From Enoplolaimus lenunculus (taxonomy: Eukaryota): 64,000 bases of DNA. The stretch is from positions 496,001-560,000 of the forward strand of contig JASANG010002092.1 in the NCBI GenBank assembly GCA_030248215.1, given 5' to 3'. The position numbers were made by a program, and so were the translations under genes. Below are positions 10,018-38,524 of this stretch, one piece after another (positions within the stretch are counted from its first letter, which is position 1; every line of letters begins with the position of its first letter). Under the pieces are notes generated by a model that worked only from the letters and a program-made list of their open reading frames with translations, had not been told where the DNA came from and did no database searches.

Positions 10018-13000
10018 TGCTAAGCGCAAACTGTTGCACGGTCAACAAAGATTGTCAAAAGCAGCTGAGGCGATCAATTTGTATAGATAGCATGTGCGAT
10101 TGTGATGTAAACTTCGAACGAAACTCGAAAGGAAATCGCTGCAAGCCAATTCCACGAAGTACGTATAAAATATTGACGTCAATCTAGATGTGACATTTCA
10201 TAAAGTACCAATCACACAAGCAACTTTTCTATTTCGCAGCGAAAACTTGAAGGTATATGCATCTTGCACTTGCATGTTATAGTTTATTAAATTCTCGCTG
10301 GAAAAAATGGCACTTGTGAATAGGGAATTGAAAACTGAATGATTTGCAAACAATGAAAATAATTATACCACATACTTAGGTTAATAGTTACTTGCACTGT
10401 TATATTCAGTGGTCCATTCAGGAAGACTTTGGGTACGTTACTATACTATATACTCTGTGATTTCCGAGGATTGCCGCAGTAATTGTTCATATTACAGTCA
10501 ACATTGCAATAATGGTTAATAAATTTCTTTTTTGTCAGAATTGTGGAGTGCAATGCTTTGTGAAACTTCACATGGCATGAAAATTTAACATTGGACTACG
10601 CGTGCAGGCACCGTGAAGCATATAAGAAGCGTAATAAAGTGAATATATTCGTTCCCGAAATTTACAGAGATGCAAACAATGAGCACCTTTAACCGTGCTT
10701 AAAACCATCCTATGCAGAAATCTACAAGTCAATAATATCATTTCTATGAAATTCTATCGTCCTGAAAAGAAATCCTGGGCTACGCACCTGGCAAGGAACG
10801 GTACAGAAAGCTAAAAACAAACTGTTACAATATGCTCCGTAGGAACAGTTATGAGATTTACTGTTTACAGAGCGGCGAACATCATCAACAAGTACAATTC
10901 GAACGACAGTTGTAACAGTGGAAAAAACAGACTGGTCAAGCGAGGAGATTGAGACCGCTATGACAAACGAACCAATAACATCTTCTCTTACAACATCGGC
11001 ACAGCGTTTGACGACAACAAGTCCGAGTAACTTCGTTAACGTCGTCACTCGAGATCCGCCCGGTAAGTGTATTATATTGCTAATAGTGGTAGAACCGCAT
11101 AACGCTTTTCGCTTTTTAAAAGAAGCGTTAATATATCCATAATAACTGTGTTTTTACAAAGCATTTAGCGACACTGGCTATCACTTTTAGGGTTTCTGCA
11201 CTTACAAAAAACCGTCTTCAAACAAGCTCTTTGAAACACGAAAATCACTTAAAATACTGTTCCGTTTTTACAGGATTCCTTAGCCAATATTATTATCGCT
11301 GGAACGCTCCACATATGTACGTATTTTGGGCAACTTTCCAGCAGGATATTGTTTACAATATTTTATCAGAACAGAAATGTAATTCTTCCATGAAAAGAAA
11401 ATTGCCAAGAAGATTGTTCTGGATTCGTCAACTTTTGCGCATTGCGCAAAGCAGGTTGACTACTTAACACTATTTTAAGTATTGCAAAAACATGGCTTCT
11501 TAAAATGTTGAAATCTTCGAATAATTTCCAACTGTAAAAAACGTTATTATGTTGGCGTGATAGCTGAACCATTTGGGCATATAATCAAAGATAGAATAAT
11601 TTGATCTCTTTTTGGTACGCTGTTCCAAGCTTTGAATTTTAAAGTCTTTAATTTTCAGTGAGGAATCGTGTCAAAAACGAAGTACTATTTTAAACACTCA
11701 AACCGCGTGTTGTAAACCGTTTTCTACAAGCAGAGATAAATAAAAAATTCCCTGTTTTTCTCCCCCTATCACAAATAAGTTGTGTAAAGGTGCGATTTTT
11801 ACCCAGTAGGGGGAGTGTGAGAATGCGGTTTTTCCTCAGTGGTGAGGTTGGGATGCGGTTTTACCCCAGTGACGGTTGTGGGGGTGAGGTTTTACCCCAA
11901 GAGGGTGATGGAGAGCAGTTTTACGCCAGACGATTTGTTGCTGATTTTCAGCCACTAATATCTAATGGCTGTTTCTTAATCGGTTAATCGCTGGTCCTGC
12001 TATTTTGTGTGGGGTGTTGATTTATGACACGATTTTGCTGTTGTAACAAACTTTTTCTTTTAGCAGAATTTTTACTTTAGCAGAATTTATACTACAAATA
12101 GGGCAAATATTGTTTGTATGGCAAGAATGTAGGTTTTTAAATGTTTTGCTTTATTTTGTGATTTGGTTTAATTTTTTTACAGAAATCACATTTATACTTC
12201 ATTCTGCAATTTTTGCCGATTTTTCGGCAGTCATTCAATTTATAATTATTTGGATCAAGGCCCACTGCGCTTTTCATGCGCTTTACGGTGCATTTCTTAA
12301 TCACATGAGTACACCTAACAAGTGCTCCGCAACCCCAGAAAAACAACTGTACCATTTGACTTCCTTCACATTAGAGCATCCGTGGAAAATCCTAAATCAA
12401 AATATAAATCAGAAGCACAAACGTAACTCCTATTTTTAACACACTATACTTAACTGCAAAAAGAACTATCCAAAATTTCGCCGCAATTTGTAGATTGACA
12501 AATGTAAAACTATTCCGGTGCTGTCTACCATTTCCAGGTGTCTCGACCTAATTTCAATGCTGTGACCGAAACCCTGTGTGTCGGGTTTCCGCCCGGGTTG
12601 TACAAACCCGGCCAAGACACCCAGATATAATAACAAAAAACACAATCAGCCACACACGCCATCATACTGACAGTCTAGCTATGTCATTTCGCAATGCAAG
12701 CCACAAAATAATATGAAATATTATTAATAACGACCACGCCACTAGTTCAGATTCTATAATGTATAATTTGTAGAATTTTCGTTCAACATAACTTCTTGTC
12801 CTGGACTGATATCAACCACTGGAAACACCGACGAATGCAGATACGGTGGGAATTGTGTCAGAGATAACAATGGGCAAAATTACTGTTTGTGTTCCCGTAG
12901 TCAATACGGAAGTGATTGTTCGAAAACGCTTCGCAAATATGCGACTTCAAAGTATACTGGTGCGTGTGCATTTATCTAAAAACTAAACTAAAGTTGTTAT

Positions 13001-16000
13001 TGTTTGGAATTCCACGATTCATGTTAGTTTTAAAGCAAGAACATGTCACAAATTGCTTTGGAAGCGGGAAGTTAAGAACAATTATTTGTTTTACTCCTGA
13101 CACAAATCATTTCTTGATATTTTGAAACTATTTGCGAACGAAAAGTTCCGATACAATGAAAAAGCTACATATTTTTAATACGAGCTTCAGACGCTAGTAA
13201 AAACACACGTATCCATGTTGACATGTGGTTTTTAGGTAGTCTACGTTTCGTAAGAGACGGCGTATATTACAATTTTGCAAATCAACACGGAGCTACAGAT
13301 CAAACTATAATTGGTAGGCAAGAAATTGCTACGTTCGAAGAATGTGCCAGGGAGTGTGGAAAAATAAAACGGTATGGGTTTAAAATAATTGGTTATCCCC
13401 TCGTCGGTAGGGGTCTGATGGTGGGGAACGCTTACAAGCATGTAGTATATAAGGGAAATTGGGACACCGAACAACAATGGCCCAATTTAACGCAACACAA
13501 ATTCAGGTATGTGGCTATGATTTGTCATTTTAGGTAACCTATCGAGAAATATAGGAGGGGGCGAACGACCACCGAACCACCTAGTGAAGCCAGCGTAAAT
13601 GTAAACATAAATTTCACAGCTTAAGGGTCTCGCTCAACAAAGTTTGTATGTGAAAAATGTGGCTAAGCAGTTATAAATGAGTGTTGAATAGGTGCACGCA
13701 ATAAACAAGCACCAATGTCCGCATGAGGCTGATTTAAGCGATCGCAACTGCTCACTATTTGTACTGTAATAGCGGTTGTTAAAAAGCGTAGAAAGAAATT
13801 TTTGAATGAGCACATTGCACGGTTTTAGAGTCACAATAAACTAATCAAAATATGCAACTGTAATTACATCATTAATCCAGTTATTTGTGTCAGCGATTAA
13901 AAAACTGTGACAGCGTTCAACTCCAGCCGTAACTGGTAGTTGTACCGGAGAAAACTCTTAGACAGTGCCGTGAAGTCAATGTTTCAAAATATATCGCTTT
14001 AGATAGTTACAAAGTATCTTTAGGACAAACAGTAAATTGGCACATAATCAGTCAATTCCTTATGGCTATGGTATATATTAACATATAATTATCGTACATC
14101 AATTAGACAATTATTATGCAAGATTGATCAATAACATAATGTCAAACTGCATTTTCAGAGTAAGATCGCCTTGTCTTTGAATTGCTCCGTGCACTAAAGA
14201 CCACGGTTCGTCCAATATCTGATAGAATCCATACTTAATGTAGCCACCTCGTAATCATTCAGCATAAGATATCCCATTGTCTAAATCTCTACGAAAGTTT
14301 CCCGCCACTGCAAGTAGGCTCAAATATTCGCGCACTGCACCGTTATCTTCCCACCACGAGATGAATGAAATTGCATGAACCATCTCGCTTTCTCGGTCCA
14401 GACGAACAAAACTGGGGCGTTTTTACACAAAATTAAAGGCCGGTTTTAAACTCTAACCAGTCAACGCATCGCTTTCAACCACTCCAAGAATTACTAAACG
14501 CGACAGTGTGTGCCGTGATATGTTTTCGCGATTAGTTCGCCTGCGATAGCAGATATTTGAATTTTTTTAACAACTAGGTGGGAAATTGGATATTTGGCGG
14601 TCTCCGTCAGCTGGCGGGCAACTGGTATCGCGATTTAAGACGCAATAAGTAATGTACAAACAAATATTGTAACACGTCAAGCATGTCGCTAAGCGGTTCA
14701 GATGTGGCAAATGCAAGAATGAATCGAAATACGTGCATTGTTTGGTGCAGAAAAACGCTCAAGCCGAAGCCTATAATAACCCAGTTTCATAAAACTACCA
14801 CTTTTCCCGTTTTCAAAAAACCTGCAGCTCAAATGTTTCCTACCAAACCTGGGAAAACCTAGCCATTTAAATGTTTCAGTTTTCCTTTTTTCCGCAAACC
14901 AAACTTCCAATTCGGATTTGTCCAATTACATCGGGCGCAAACTATACGTTGCCGGATATAAACTTTTTCATACATATTTTTCAGTCAGCGTTTGCTCAAA
15001 ATAGCTTGATTTCGAAACCTAATACATTATTTCGGTTTCTTAATGAAACTTTCCTTATTAATTCCTCGCTCAAATTTGAAAATTTTAAAATTTTGTTATG
15101 CGTGGTCGGGGCCTAATCAGGGCTCTAGAAATTATTGTCAGAGAATTATAAGTTTTATATTTGATACATAATAACGAGCTGAAATGAAATAAACTTTCTT
15201 ACTTTCCGATATTAACTGGTTGAGTTTAATTATATATATTCAATCTTCGCCAAACTCGATAGAGTACCAAAACATTTTAACCATAGCTAGCACGTTCGAT
15301 AAACAAACTTCATCTTCTCGCTCTTCACCGAAAATATTTTAACTTAATATTACAAAATAAAAAAAAAAAAAAAACACAAAAAATAAATTTTTTTCCCACA
15401 CACACACACGTTCAGCGGGCTTTTTATACAGTTTTAAAGAAAAAATAGGGGATGCGTTAAAATTTTTTAATTTTTGGATGAATTTTTTGTATATTTTAAA
15501 ACATGTAGAAGAACAGCGGCGAAACATTTTTCTGCGGAACTGCATAGAGAAAGCTTAAAGAATGTTTTTTGCTTAGGCATAGGTACAAGCTCATTCTTAC
15601 GCTTAGGCTTAGGCTTTAGGACTATGTTACTACTGTTTACGGTCCTGCAAAATACATTGACTGTAATTTTTAATTCACATAGAACAATTGCAGCATATTT
15701 CTAATGAAAAATTGTGATTTCTATGACGGAAATAGACATCGATATTTACCGCAAATAGATATCAGATTACACCCTGTTTTGCACGAATGCATTTCGGATA
15801 TCAGCATATATCTCTTTTCGGATACTGCAGTGACCCGAATAAGACGGGGGACTGATATATTTATTTACCTCTCCAGAGCGTACCCCCCTCGCTTCGCCAC
15901 CCTTCGTTACTGATATGTATTCGTTACTGATATGTATTCGTTACTGATATGTATTCGTTACTGCAGTTATCCGTTGAATTAAACGTTTATTTGTCTTGTG

Positions 16001-17058
16001 TCAATAGCTTGAGCAACAATGCAAGGTTATACTTAGGAATGTACTTTCAAACCTTAAGTACGCTTTGAAGTTTCGAACTTAACTTTAATTAGTCCTGGAG
16101 TCATTTATACACTACAATTGAGATAATTGACATATATGGACGCTAATTAAGGTTTAGGGACTCTATCCGCTTACGGACTCTCTTTAGGGATACCGACTCC
16201 TATTGATTGGGACATTGGGACTCAAAAAAGGAACCCGCCCTCTTATTGCCCCTCTCTTATTCGGGTCACTACAGTATATACATAATCTATACTTTTCATA
16301 TCCGGATATCCGTGCCCATCAATTTTCAATGGTACTAAATTTGATTGTAGGCAGGATGCACGCGGAATTACAAAGTACCGGAACCGGAAAGTGAAAAAAC
16401 CCCGTTAACTTAAAATTCGTTTTGAAGTAATTATTTTTGTGCATTTCAGAGTCCCACTTTTAGAAGACGCACAAAATTCACCTTTAATGATGTTATCTGT
16501 CAGCAATTTTCGGCAAATGTGATCAAACATTTAGAATGCAAGCAGTAACATATGAAAACAACCGAACATCCTAATAGAGTATAGTACATATGACACAAAT
16601 TGTCCGATCCAAAAAATTTTGAATTTAATACTACCAGAACCGGAACCCCGGTTTCATCTTCTTATCAAGTACAACCAGATGTTGGCCTCCCGGCTTTTGC
16701 ATAAATTCTACCAGAGCCGAAAGCCAGTACCCGGTAGTACCATCAATATTTGGTAGCCTCCTGGGGACAATGTATAAATTGTGCGAGGGCAGTTTTTCTG
16801 CCGTCCTTGCAACAAATTTCTTCGCATGTTGTACGTTATATTGTGAAATTGTAACGTTGTAGTTGTGACTCAGTGCAATTCGGCAAAATGGACGGTCGAC
16901 CAGTGTGCGTGTTTATTGATGTGACACTTCAACCACAAGAACGACCCGATCTGTGGACATGCGTCAAGCCCCGTCATGGATGGAAAATTGGCTGTTGTCT
17001 TTCAAGCAATAGATGGCCTATTAGCTCAATGTTCCAAAACAAAGTTATTTGCACATAG
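10018..17058 (+). CDS. Putative extracellular protein: EB-module-like + Thr-rich + EGF + PAN/apple domains (5' end not found)
   Basis: Phase-compatible GT-AG exons: 10018-10158 (CTVNKDC...SICIDSMCDCDVNF...RC), 10871-11062 (Thr/Ser-rich), 12774-12959 (ECRYGGNCVRDNNGQNYCLCSRSQYGSDC, EGF), 13236-13371 (TFEECARECG) joined to 16863-17058 (RCDSVQFG...PVCVF, PAN second half). No start or signal-peptide exon identified, and a decayed Cys exon lies near 10240-10330, so it may be a pseudogene. Confidence 0.55.
11789..11930. repeat. Degenerate ~30-bp G-rich tandem repeat
   Basis: About five units resembling GATGCGGTTTTACCCCAGTG. Confidence 0.55.
13634..14046 (-). pseudogene. Polinton/Maverick adenain-like cysteine protease remnant
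   Basis: Minus-strand translation gives AYFD*F (13838-13855, compare YFDSFG) and STNSEQLRSLKSASCGHWCLFI (compare N..QlQ...S..CG.yC..f). Confidence 0.65.
14093..14640 (-). pseudogene. Polinton/Maverick major capsid protein remnant (C-terminal half)
   Basis: Minus-strand translation with stops/frameshifts: TAKYPISHLVVKKIQI ... ENI...LSRLVILGVVESDALTG*SLKPAFNF ... VREYLSLLAVAGNFRRDLDNGISYAE*LRGGYIKYGF ... QGDLTLKMQF. These blocks follow the order of conserved blocks in Polinton capsid proteins. Confidence 0.72.
15822..16276 (+). mobile_element. MITE with TIR TACTGYAGTGACCCGAATAAGA
   Basis: Inverted termini; internal triplication of TTCGTTACTGATATGTA; other copies at ~20134-20528 (inverted), ~49839-50175 (truncated) and ~17770-17842 (fragment). 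Confidence 0.75.
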
Positions 17059-20000
17059 GTCCACATAAGTCAATTAAGTAAAAGGTATCGAACAATTTCA
17101 AGTATGACAATACTGAGATGTTGCATGATATAAGTATAAGCGTAGCAAATTATATAAGAAGGCTAAACCCTTGTCCTTTTTGGTACGACTCTTTGCATTT
17201 GATAATCTATATTAACGCTAATTTTGTCATATACATTTCAACAGACGATTTATGGTGCAACCGAAGGTGAAAAATACCGGAGACAGAGGTGAGGCGAAAT
17301 TAGGTAGTCAGATGTTTAATTTGCTAATTTTACCAAATATCTGTAAAGTATTGTGAAATCTTTGGCTTTTACGCTTACTTTCACGAAATTTCAGGAATTT
17401 CTTCAAAATCGTACCAAAATTTTGCAAAATTTTACTGAGCACCGAAATTGACTATTAAGAAATTGTACCGCAACCAAAGGACAATTTTCTGCATAGGCAG
17501 ACCTTCGGTTGTGCCCTGGAAGATATAATAATAAACATAATGTTGTCGGAGCCGGTGCATTAAGTATCATAAAAATATTGACTATGCTATTTTTAACAGT
17601 AAACTACAAAGTATTGCCAAACATTGTTTTGAAGATTTTGGAGAAATCTCGTCCCAAGGCTATGAAAAACACTAAACGCATGATATATATTACCCAAATC
17701 AAAGGATGCCGCCTCTGCGATATAAGACATATTGCCTCCTACAGTAGATATTTCGATTATGAGCTCTAGGGCCGTACCCTCTGGAGAGGCCAAATAAATG
17801 TCAGTCCCCCAGTCCCTCCCTCTTATTCGGATCACTACAGTAGAGTAAACTCGGGTAATCCCGAGAATGTGAGTAGATAGGGTAATCTCAACAAACAAAA
17901 TACAACAATTTGCTTCTACCCCTCCAAATATTGTCTAATCCCGACAAATTTTCAATCATTTGAATAAAGCATAAGTTATATTTTTACATGTCAAAATGCT
18001 GGCTTTTAACCGAGCACCACTGCGTGGAAGTATAATAATTATACGGAGCGCACCGACACATATGTATCATACGTATAAAATTATCAAAGCAATGAAGTGG
18101 AAACCGTAATATGATAGATATTTATAGCTAATTAAAGTTAATTATTGCACGTATTCCACACCATGGTAAAATATTAGACAGTTGCCACTCCACGCGGCTT
18201 CCTCGTGAAAAAAGATATACAAAACATTGTTAATAATGAACGTTCAAATGCATCCAGTGGTCCAGCCGTAGTTTCAACAGGACGAAATACAGTATCTGTT
18301 TCCGATACTTTTAATATCCTTTCATACTATTTTGTTAAGTTCGATACATTTGTATAACTTAACACAGAAACTATCGATACTTGCAGCGGTAATACCCGTT
18401 TACCTCTTTGCATGGCTTTTATTTTCATTTTCACACGAAATAATCTGATCCCATAGATTTACACTACGTGCTGTGCCAATAGAACCTGCTCCTAAATTTA
18501 AAGTAACATTACTCTATCAAGTCTAGATTGTGTAAAGTGAATTTGGGATATAAAAGTATAAAAATCACCTTTATCCGGGTAGTTTAATCTATATATCATA
18601 AATTCACAAAGTCTTTAAGTATTAAGAATTCATGTAGCCCAATCTGCTTGTCTCTACTTGGATTTGACCGATTCAGTGGAACATTTTCCACCAAATAATA
18701 AAGTCACCCAACATTTAAGCAAATTGCATTATAATTATACCAATTCGATATCTTTACGTTATCGAACAACCGTGTGTAAAACAACGCTGTATTATCAACG
18801 TTCGAAGGAGCATAAATACCAATAAACAAAGCTGGGACACAATTTACAACTGATAACGCCATTGCTCAACATTCTACGAAAAAGCATGTCAGTCCAACGT
18901 TACCATCTGTTCGGCTTTCACAGAAAATATCCGCAGGTTTTCAGAAAACCTAGTGTCCGTTTATAGTTGGCTTTCAAATAGTTAACGTCCGATTACGTCG
19001 ACCTATGGGCAGACACTGCTAGATGAAAACTGTATGCAGACGTTAATGAAACAAAAAATTTGTATACAGGGTAAATGCACAGTAAAAATATTAAGGAACC
19101 GGATAGCGCTCAAAATAATCGAAACGAAAAACACGGTATTAGAGTATAAGAGTTTCAAAGATGTTTTATTTTTCTGCCGATAGAATTGGTGCGTTTTAAT
19201 ATTCGCCGGGCTTTCTAAACATTTAAAGAAAAAATGGAGATGCACCGAAATTTTTCAACATTTTGGACAAGTTTCGTTATTTTTACTTCATTTCAAACAA
19301 TTGCAGCATATATATCTGTAATGAAAAATTGTGAGACATATCCGCTGCAAATTTTGCCGCAGGCGAGGCGAAATAGGTAGTTATATAAAATCATGTTTAA
19401 TTTGACCAAATATATATATGTCAGTTGTTGTTAAATCATTTGGTTTTCCGCTTACATTAAACGAATTCACGGTAATTTTTATCTCAAAATAAAACGAAAC
19501 GCACCAAACAAAAGTCGATTTTCTGCCGTAGCCGCAGGCGGACCTATGGTTGTACCATCAGATTTCTGCCTCGGCAGAAAAACGACCTCCGACTCCCGTA
19601 GAATTTCTGCAGGAGATTTCAGCAATTTAAGTGGTGAAAATTTACATTTTTTACAAAATTGATTTGTTTGGTGCGTGTCATTTTAACTTTTGGTACAATT
19701 TTAAGGAAAAATATCCGAGATTATTTACCAACCTTCACGAATGTGCATGAAAGCCAAGGTTAAATGATGTTAATTATACAAACAATTCCATTACCTATCT
19801 TAAAACTGGAGGTCTTCCTACGGCTCCGGCAGAAGATCGATCTACTAACATGTACAAGGACGAAAACCTTCACTACGGAAATATCGCTGTTTCAAAAGGT
19901 CTACTGCAACTGGAGGTCGATTTTCTGTCTGAGCAAGAGGCGCATAGAAATTGCTTAGCGTGGGGGTTTGAATTCACTAGTTATCAGCTCATGGGTTCTG

Positions 20001-20133
20001 TCATGGAAAATTCAAATATGCCTTTCACAGATGGCCATTTTCAAGCTAACCTTTTACTAATTAGCATCACACTCAGTTAGGCTGGGCGTCTTATTAAATA
20101 AAGAGCGGCCAGTAAATAAAAATGACGCCCAGT

Positions 20134-20528
20134 ACTGTATCGACCCGATTAAGAGGGGTCCCCATTTTGAGTCCGTAAGCGGATAGATTACCTATAACCT
20201 AATTGGAGTTCAAAAATGTCAATTAACCCTAATTGTAGCGCATGAGTCCAGGACGAAATAATTCGAGTTCGAAACTTTAAAGCGTGCTTAAATTTTGAAA
20301 GCACATTATTAAGTATAACCTTGTATTATGGCTCAAGCTATTGACAAGAGACAAATAAACGTTTAATTAAACGGATAATTGCAGAACCGGATATATATCA
20401 GTAACGAAGGGCGGCGGATCGCTTGTTAAAAATAAATAACAGTCCGTAACCGAATGACAAGGGGGGTACCCTGTGGAGAGGCCATATAAATATCAGTCCC
20501 CATCCCTCTTATTCAGGTCACTACATTA
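20134..20528 (-). mobile_element. Inverted copy of the 15822-16276 MITE
   Basis: TACTGTATCGACCCGATTAAGAGGGG ... CCCTCTTATTCAGGTCACTACA; internal sequence is the reverse complement of 15822-16276. Confidence 0.72.
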
Positions 20529-21322
20529 TGTTATCTCGCGATGCGACTTGGCATATGTATATATAAGTAAATTTTGTTTCTTGCAAAGGTAATAAATTTA
20601 GTGTTTGCTCTTTTCAGAACTATATGAAAAGCAAGACCTAGTTAACTCACTGTTTGTTTTAATAATGGTCACCGAGATTATGAGACACGTTGGCTTTTTC
20701 GAAATACGATTCTTTGCAAAAGCTCACTATCAAATGTTTGAAGGTTTCGCAAACATTAGTACAAAATGCGGCCTTGCATTTCTGTTTTACTTGCGACAAA
20801 ACCAGAACTAAATAATAAACTGTAATAAATACACAAAATTACTGGTTAAAATTTAAAGCGAAAAAATTTAAAAACGTCGAACATACATAGATTTCAGGTG
20901 CAAATTTACGTTAAGTTAGTCTGTTTGAGACGCTGGAAATTGCCCGAGTGAACGAAATTGCAAATATTTCGATTAATATTCGTTTGTCTGCCTTTGGTGT
21001 TGAAACGGTTACGTTATGTCCTGTTGTAGAATAGTGAATAAGACAAAATAATTAAACATAAATTACAATGGACGACCAAAATTGAACAGGCAATACTGTG
21101 TAATAATTCGTAATTATCCGTAGACTACAGTTGTTCCGCCAAATAAACAGAAATTTCTCCTTCCATTTTCAGCACTTGTCGTATCTAGTCTTTTGAAAAT
21201 TGCACAGAGATGCCAGCATTATTTATAAGTATATTTCAATGTAAGCGCAGATTAGTCGACAAAAAACAAAAACGGTTACAGTCAACAATAAAGGATACGT
21301 TTGAAAATGGTAATTCGTGCGT

Positions 21323-36250
<14,928 letters not shown>

Positions 36251-36520
36251 TGTGAATATATAGGGTGGCGGAAAAGCCCAAAAAATTTTAAAATCTGTTA
36301 TAACTTTCGCCGTCAAAATATCTATAGCAATAACCTCTATGTTAAACATAAAACAAATAAAAATTATGTTTTGGTCCAGTTTAGAAATTGGGAAAAGTTT
36401 CGACGTAAAAACCACTTGCAGGGAATTCCCATGTTTTCATTACATTTTCAACTTTGAGGTGTCTGTGATGTTACCAGTTCCTCTACAGGCAAAAGGCTAA
36501 CATAGGCGACAGCTACATCC

Positions 36521-36785
36521 TGTTGTTAAAATTTAGGGTCTGTCAGTCTCGGATGGAACTGGAAAATCAGACTTTTCTACTAGAAGCTGGAAAAGCGAAC
36601 CTCCGGAACGGGGATCGAACTCTCAACCTACATATCCTTAAGCGAATACTCTACAAGTGCGCTACGCATCCCGCCTCGCCAACTGCATTTTTCGTCGACT
36701 ATATGTGTCAACCGTATGCTGCCAGCTAGCATACACACAGTGTACTGCACTATATTGTATGTGCACATAATGGACAAGTGTCTCA
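36521..36785 (-). mobile_element. tRNA-bearing solo-LTR-like element
   Basis: TG...CA ends with CATCC/CATGC flanks; minus-strand tRNA-like core (GCGTAGCGCACTTG...GAGTTCGATCCC); similar in opposite orientation to ~39895-40110. Confidence 0.55.
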
Positions 36786-38524
36786 CATGCTTTTACAGAG
36801 TCGAGTCAGAGAAGAACTTGACAAAATTACGGTACACGGAATTCTTTATTTCTCCAGTATTTGATGAACAAGTGTACGCACTACGCAATATATGCATTGT
36901 TTTTTAACAGACATAAAGTTATGACCAAAACCTCGAAAAATTCCAATGAGGAGTGAAAATATAGCATTTTCAAACATAAATTTTTATTAATTTTTTCACT
37001 CAAAGGTCCCGTAATGAAAATTTGAAATAAACATAAGAAACCAAAAAATTCCAAATTTCTCGGAATAAAGTAAATTTGAAATCCGTTGGTCGAACTGATT
37101 ACGACTATACTAAAACTTCCGCAAAAATCTTTCCTCATTTTATTCCCCTCGGAGTGTCGAAATTATTATTAACGTCCGTTTTCACACCAAGATTGCGTAA
37201 AACATAGAAAACAGCAAGGAAACAGTTTTTGCGTTGAGATTGGCCGCGTGCTTATGTTGAATGCCTAATAAGCTAATTTTGCATATACCACTTCATGAGT
37301 TCCAAGAAATCGTATATGCGCTAAATGTTTAATACCAATAGCTATGTAGATACACCTACATGTATCTTGAACAGTGTGGTCACAGCATTTTTTTGGGTTT
37401 CAAACAAGAGGTCTCCAAAAAGCTTAATCTGAAGGCTTTGTTTATAAATAAATCCGATCCGTTTTACATATTTTCGTTGAGACTTCAATTGAGTTACTGA
37501 TAATAACATAGAAGGAAATGTGCTTTCACATTTGCGCATAGCTATTAAGTTCTAACACGCAATGACCTTCAAGCTGCAGACAACAGACCGGCGAGCTAAG
37601 AAACAACAATCAATAATTCAACGATACAGTGCTGTAGTTATGCTTACTGTGTGATTTTTCAATTCGGTGGCAGGTTTGCGGAGACATGTATTTTGATCTA
37701 TGACTTTATTAAGCTAACTTTGGACTAAAAGTCGAGAAAAAACGTTAGGCGTCCAAATATTTGACAAATTGGCAGTCCTGGGGGCGTGAATTACCAGATT
37801 TTATACTTACCGAGTGCTAGTTTTTCAATATTAGCACATACTTGTCTGCAGCAACTGTAAATTATCTAGGAAAATTAAAATGTACGTTGAAATCCTCCGA
37901 CCTTTTATTCAAAACTTCGCTTTCAAGCAGCTAGCACAACTTTTGTGACAAATTTCAGTTCTAGCTAGCGGTATTTTCCCATTACTGCTGAATTCCATAT
38001 TTCTCTGCGTTTTAAATAATCTGTTACCAGCATAATTAGTAGGCCATTTGCCCCTTTCCTCTGTCAAAATGGATTCTTATTATGTTGGGCTTATTATGGG
38101 TATGTTGGATTATTACTTTCGTGGCTTGTTTTGTATATTTCGTCTCTTCATAGTAAAACACAATGCAAAACTTATAACTCGCGGCTGAAAGTTCTTGTGG
38201 TAAATTTTTCAATGTGCAGGTTGCTCCTGTAAGTATGTTCTTACTGCAGAATCTTGCATGTCATATGTTCTTTAAAGGCCCTTAAATCGGTAGCTAGTTT
38301 ACGAATGGTGAAAGTGTAGTGAGTCATCAATAATGTTTGTTGCATTGCAATCGTTGAGTTATAGCTGACACGTGGGTGGATATTAACTTAAAAGTAAGGT
38401 TGAGTTTAGGAGATCTCGCGATCGATCTCCCACTACATTAATGCAGAATTAAAATTGCACTGTACTTGAGAACAAAGTGTATATTGCTTTCGCTCGCTTC
38501 TTTTTATGCGTAATTCTGTTATTT

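Noticed and set aside
19764..20080. Short ORFs as possible exons
   Set aside because: No recognisable motif or consistent splice partners.
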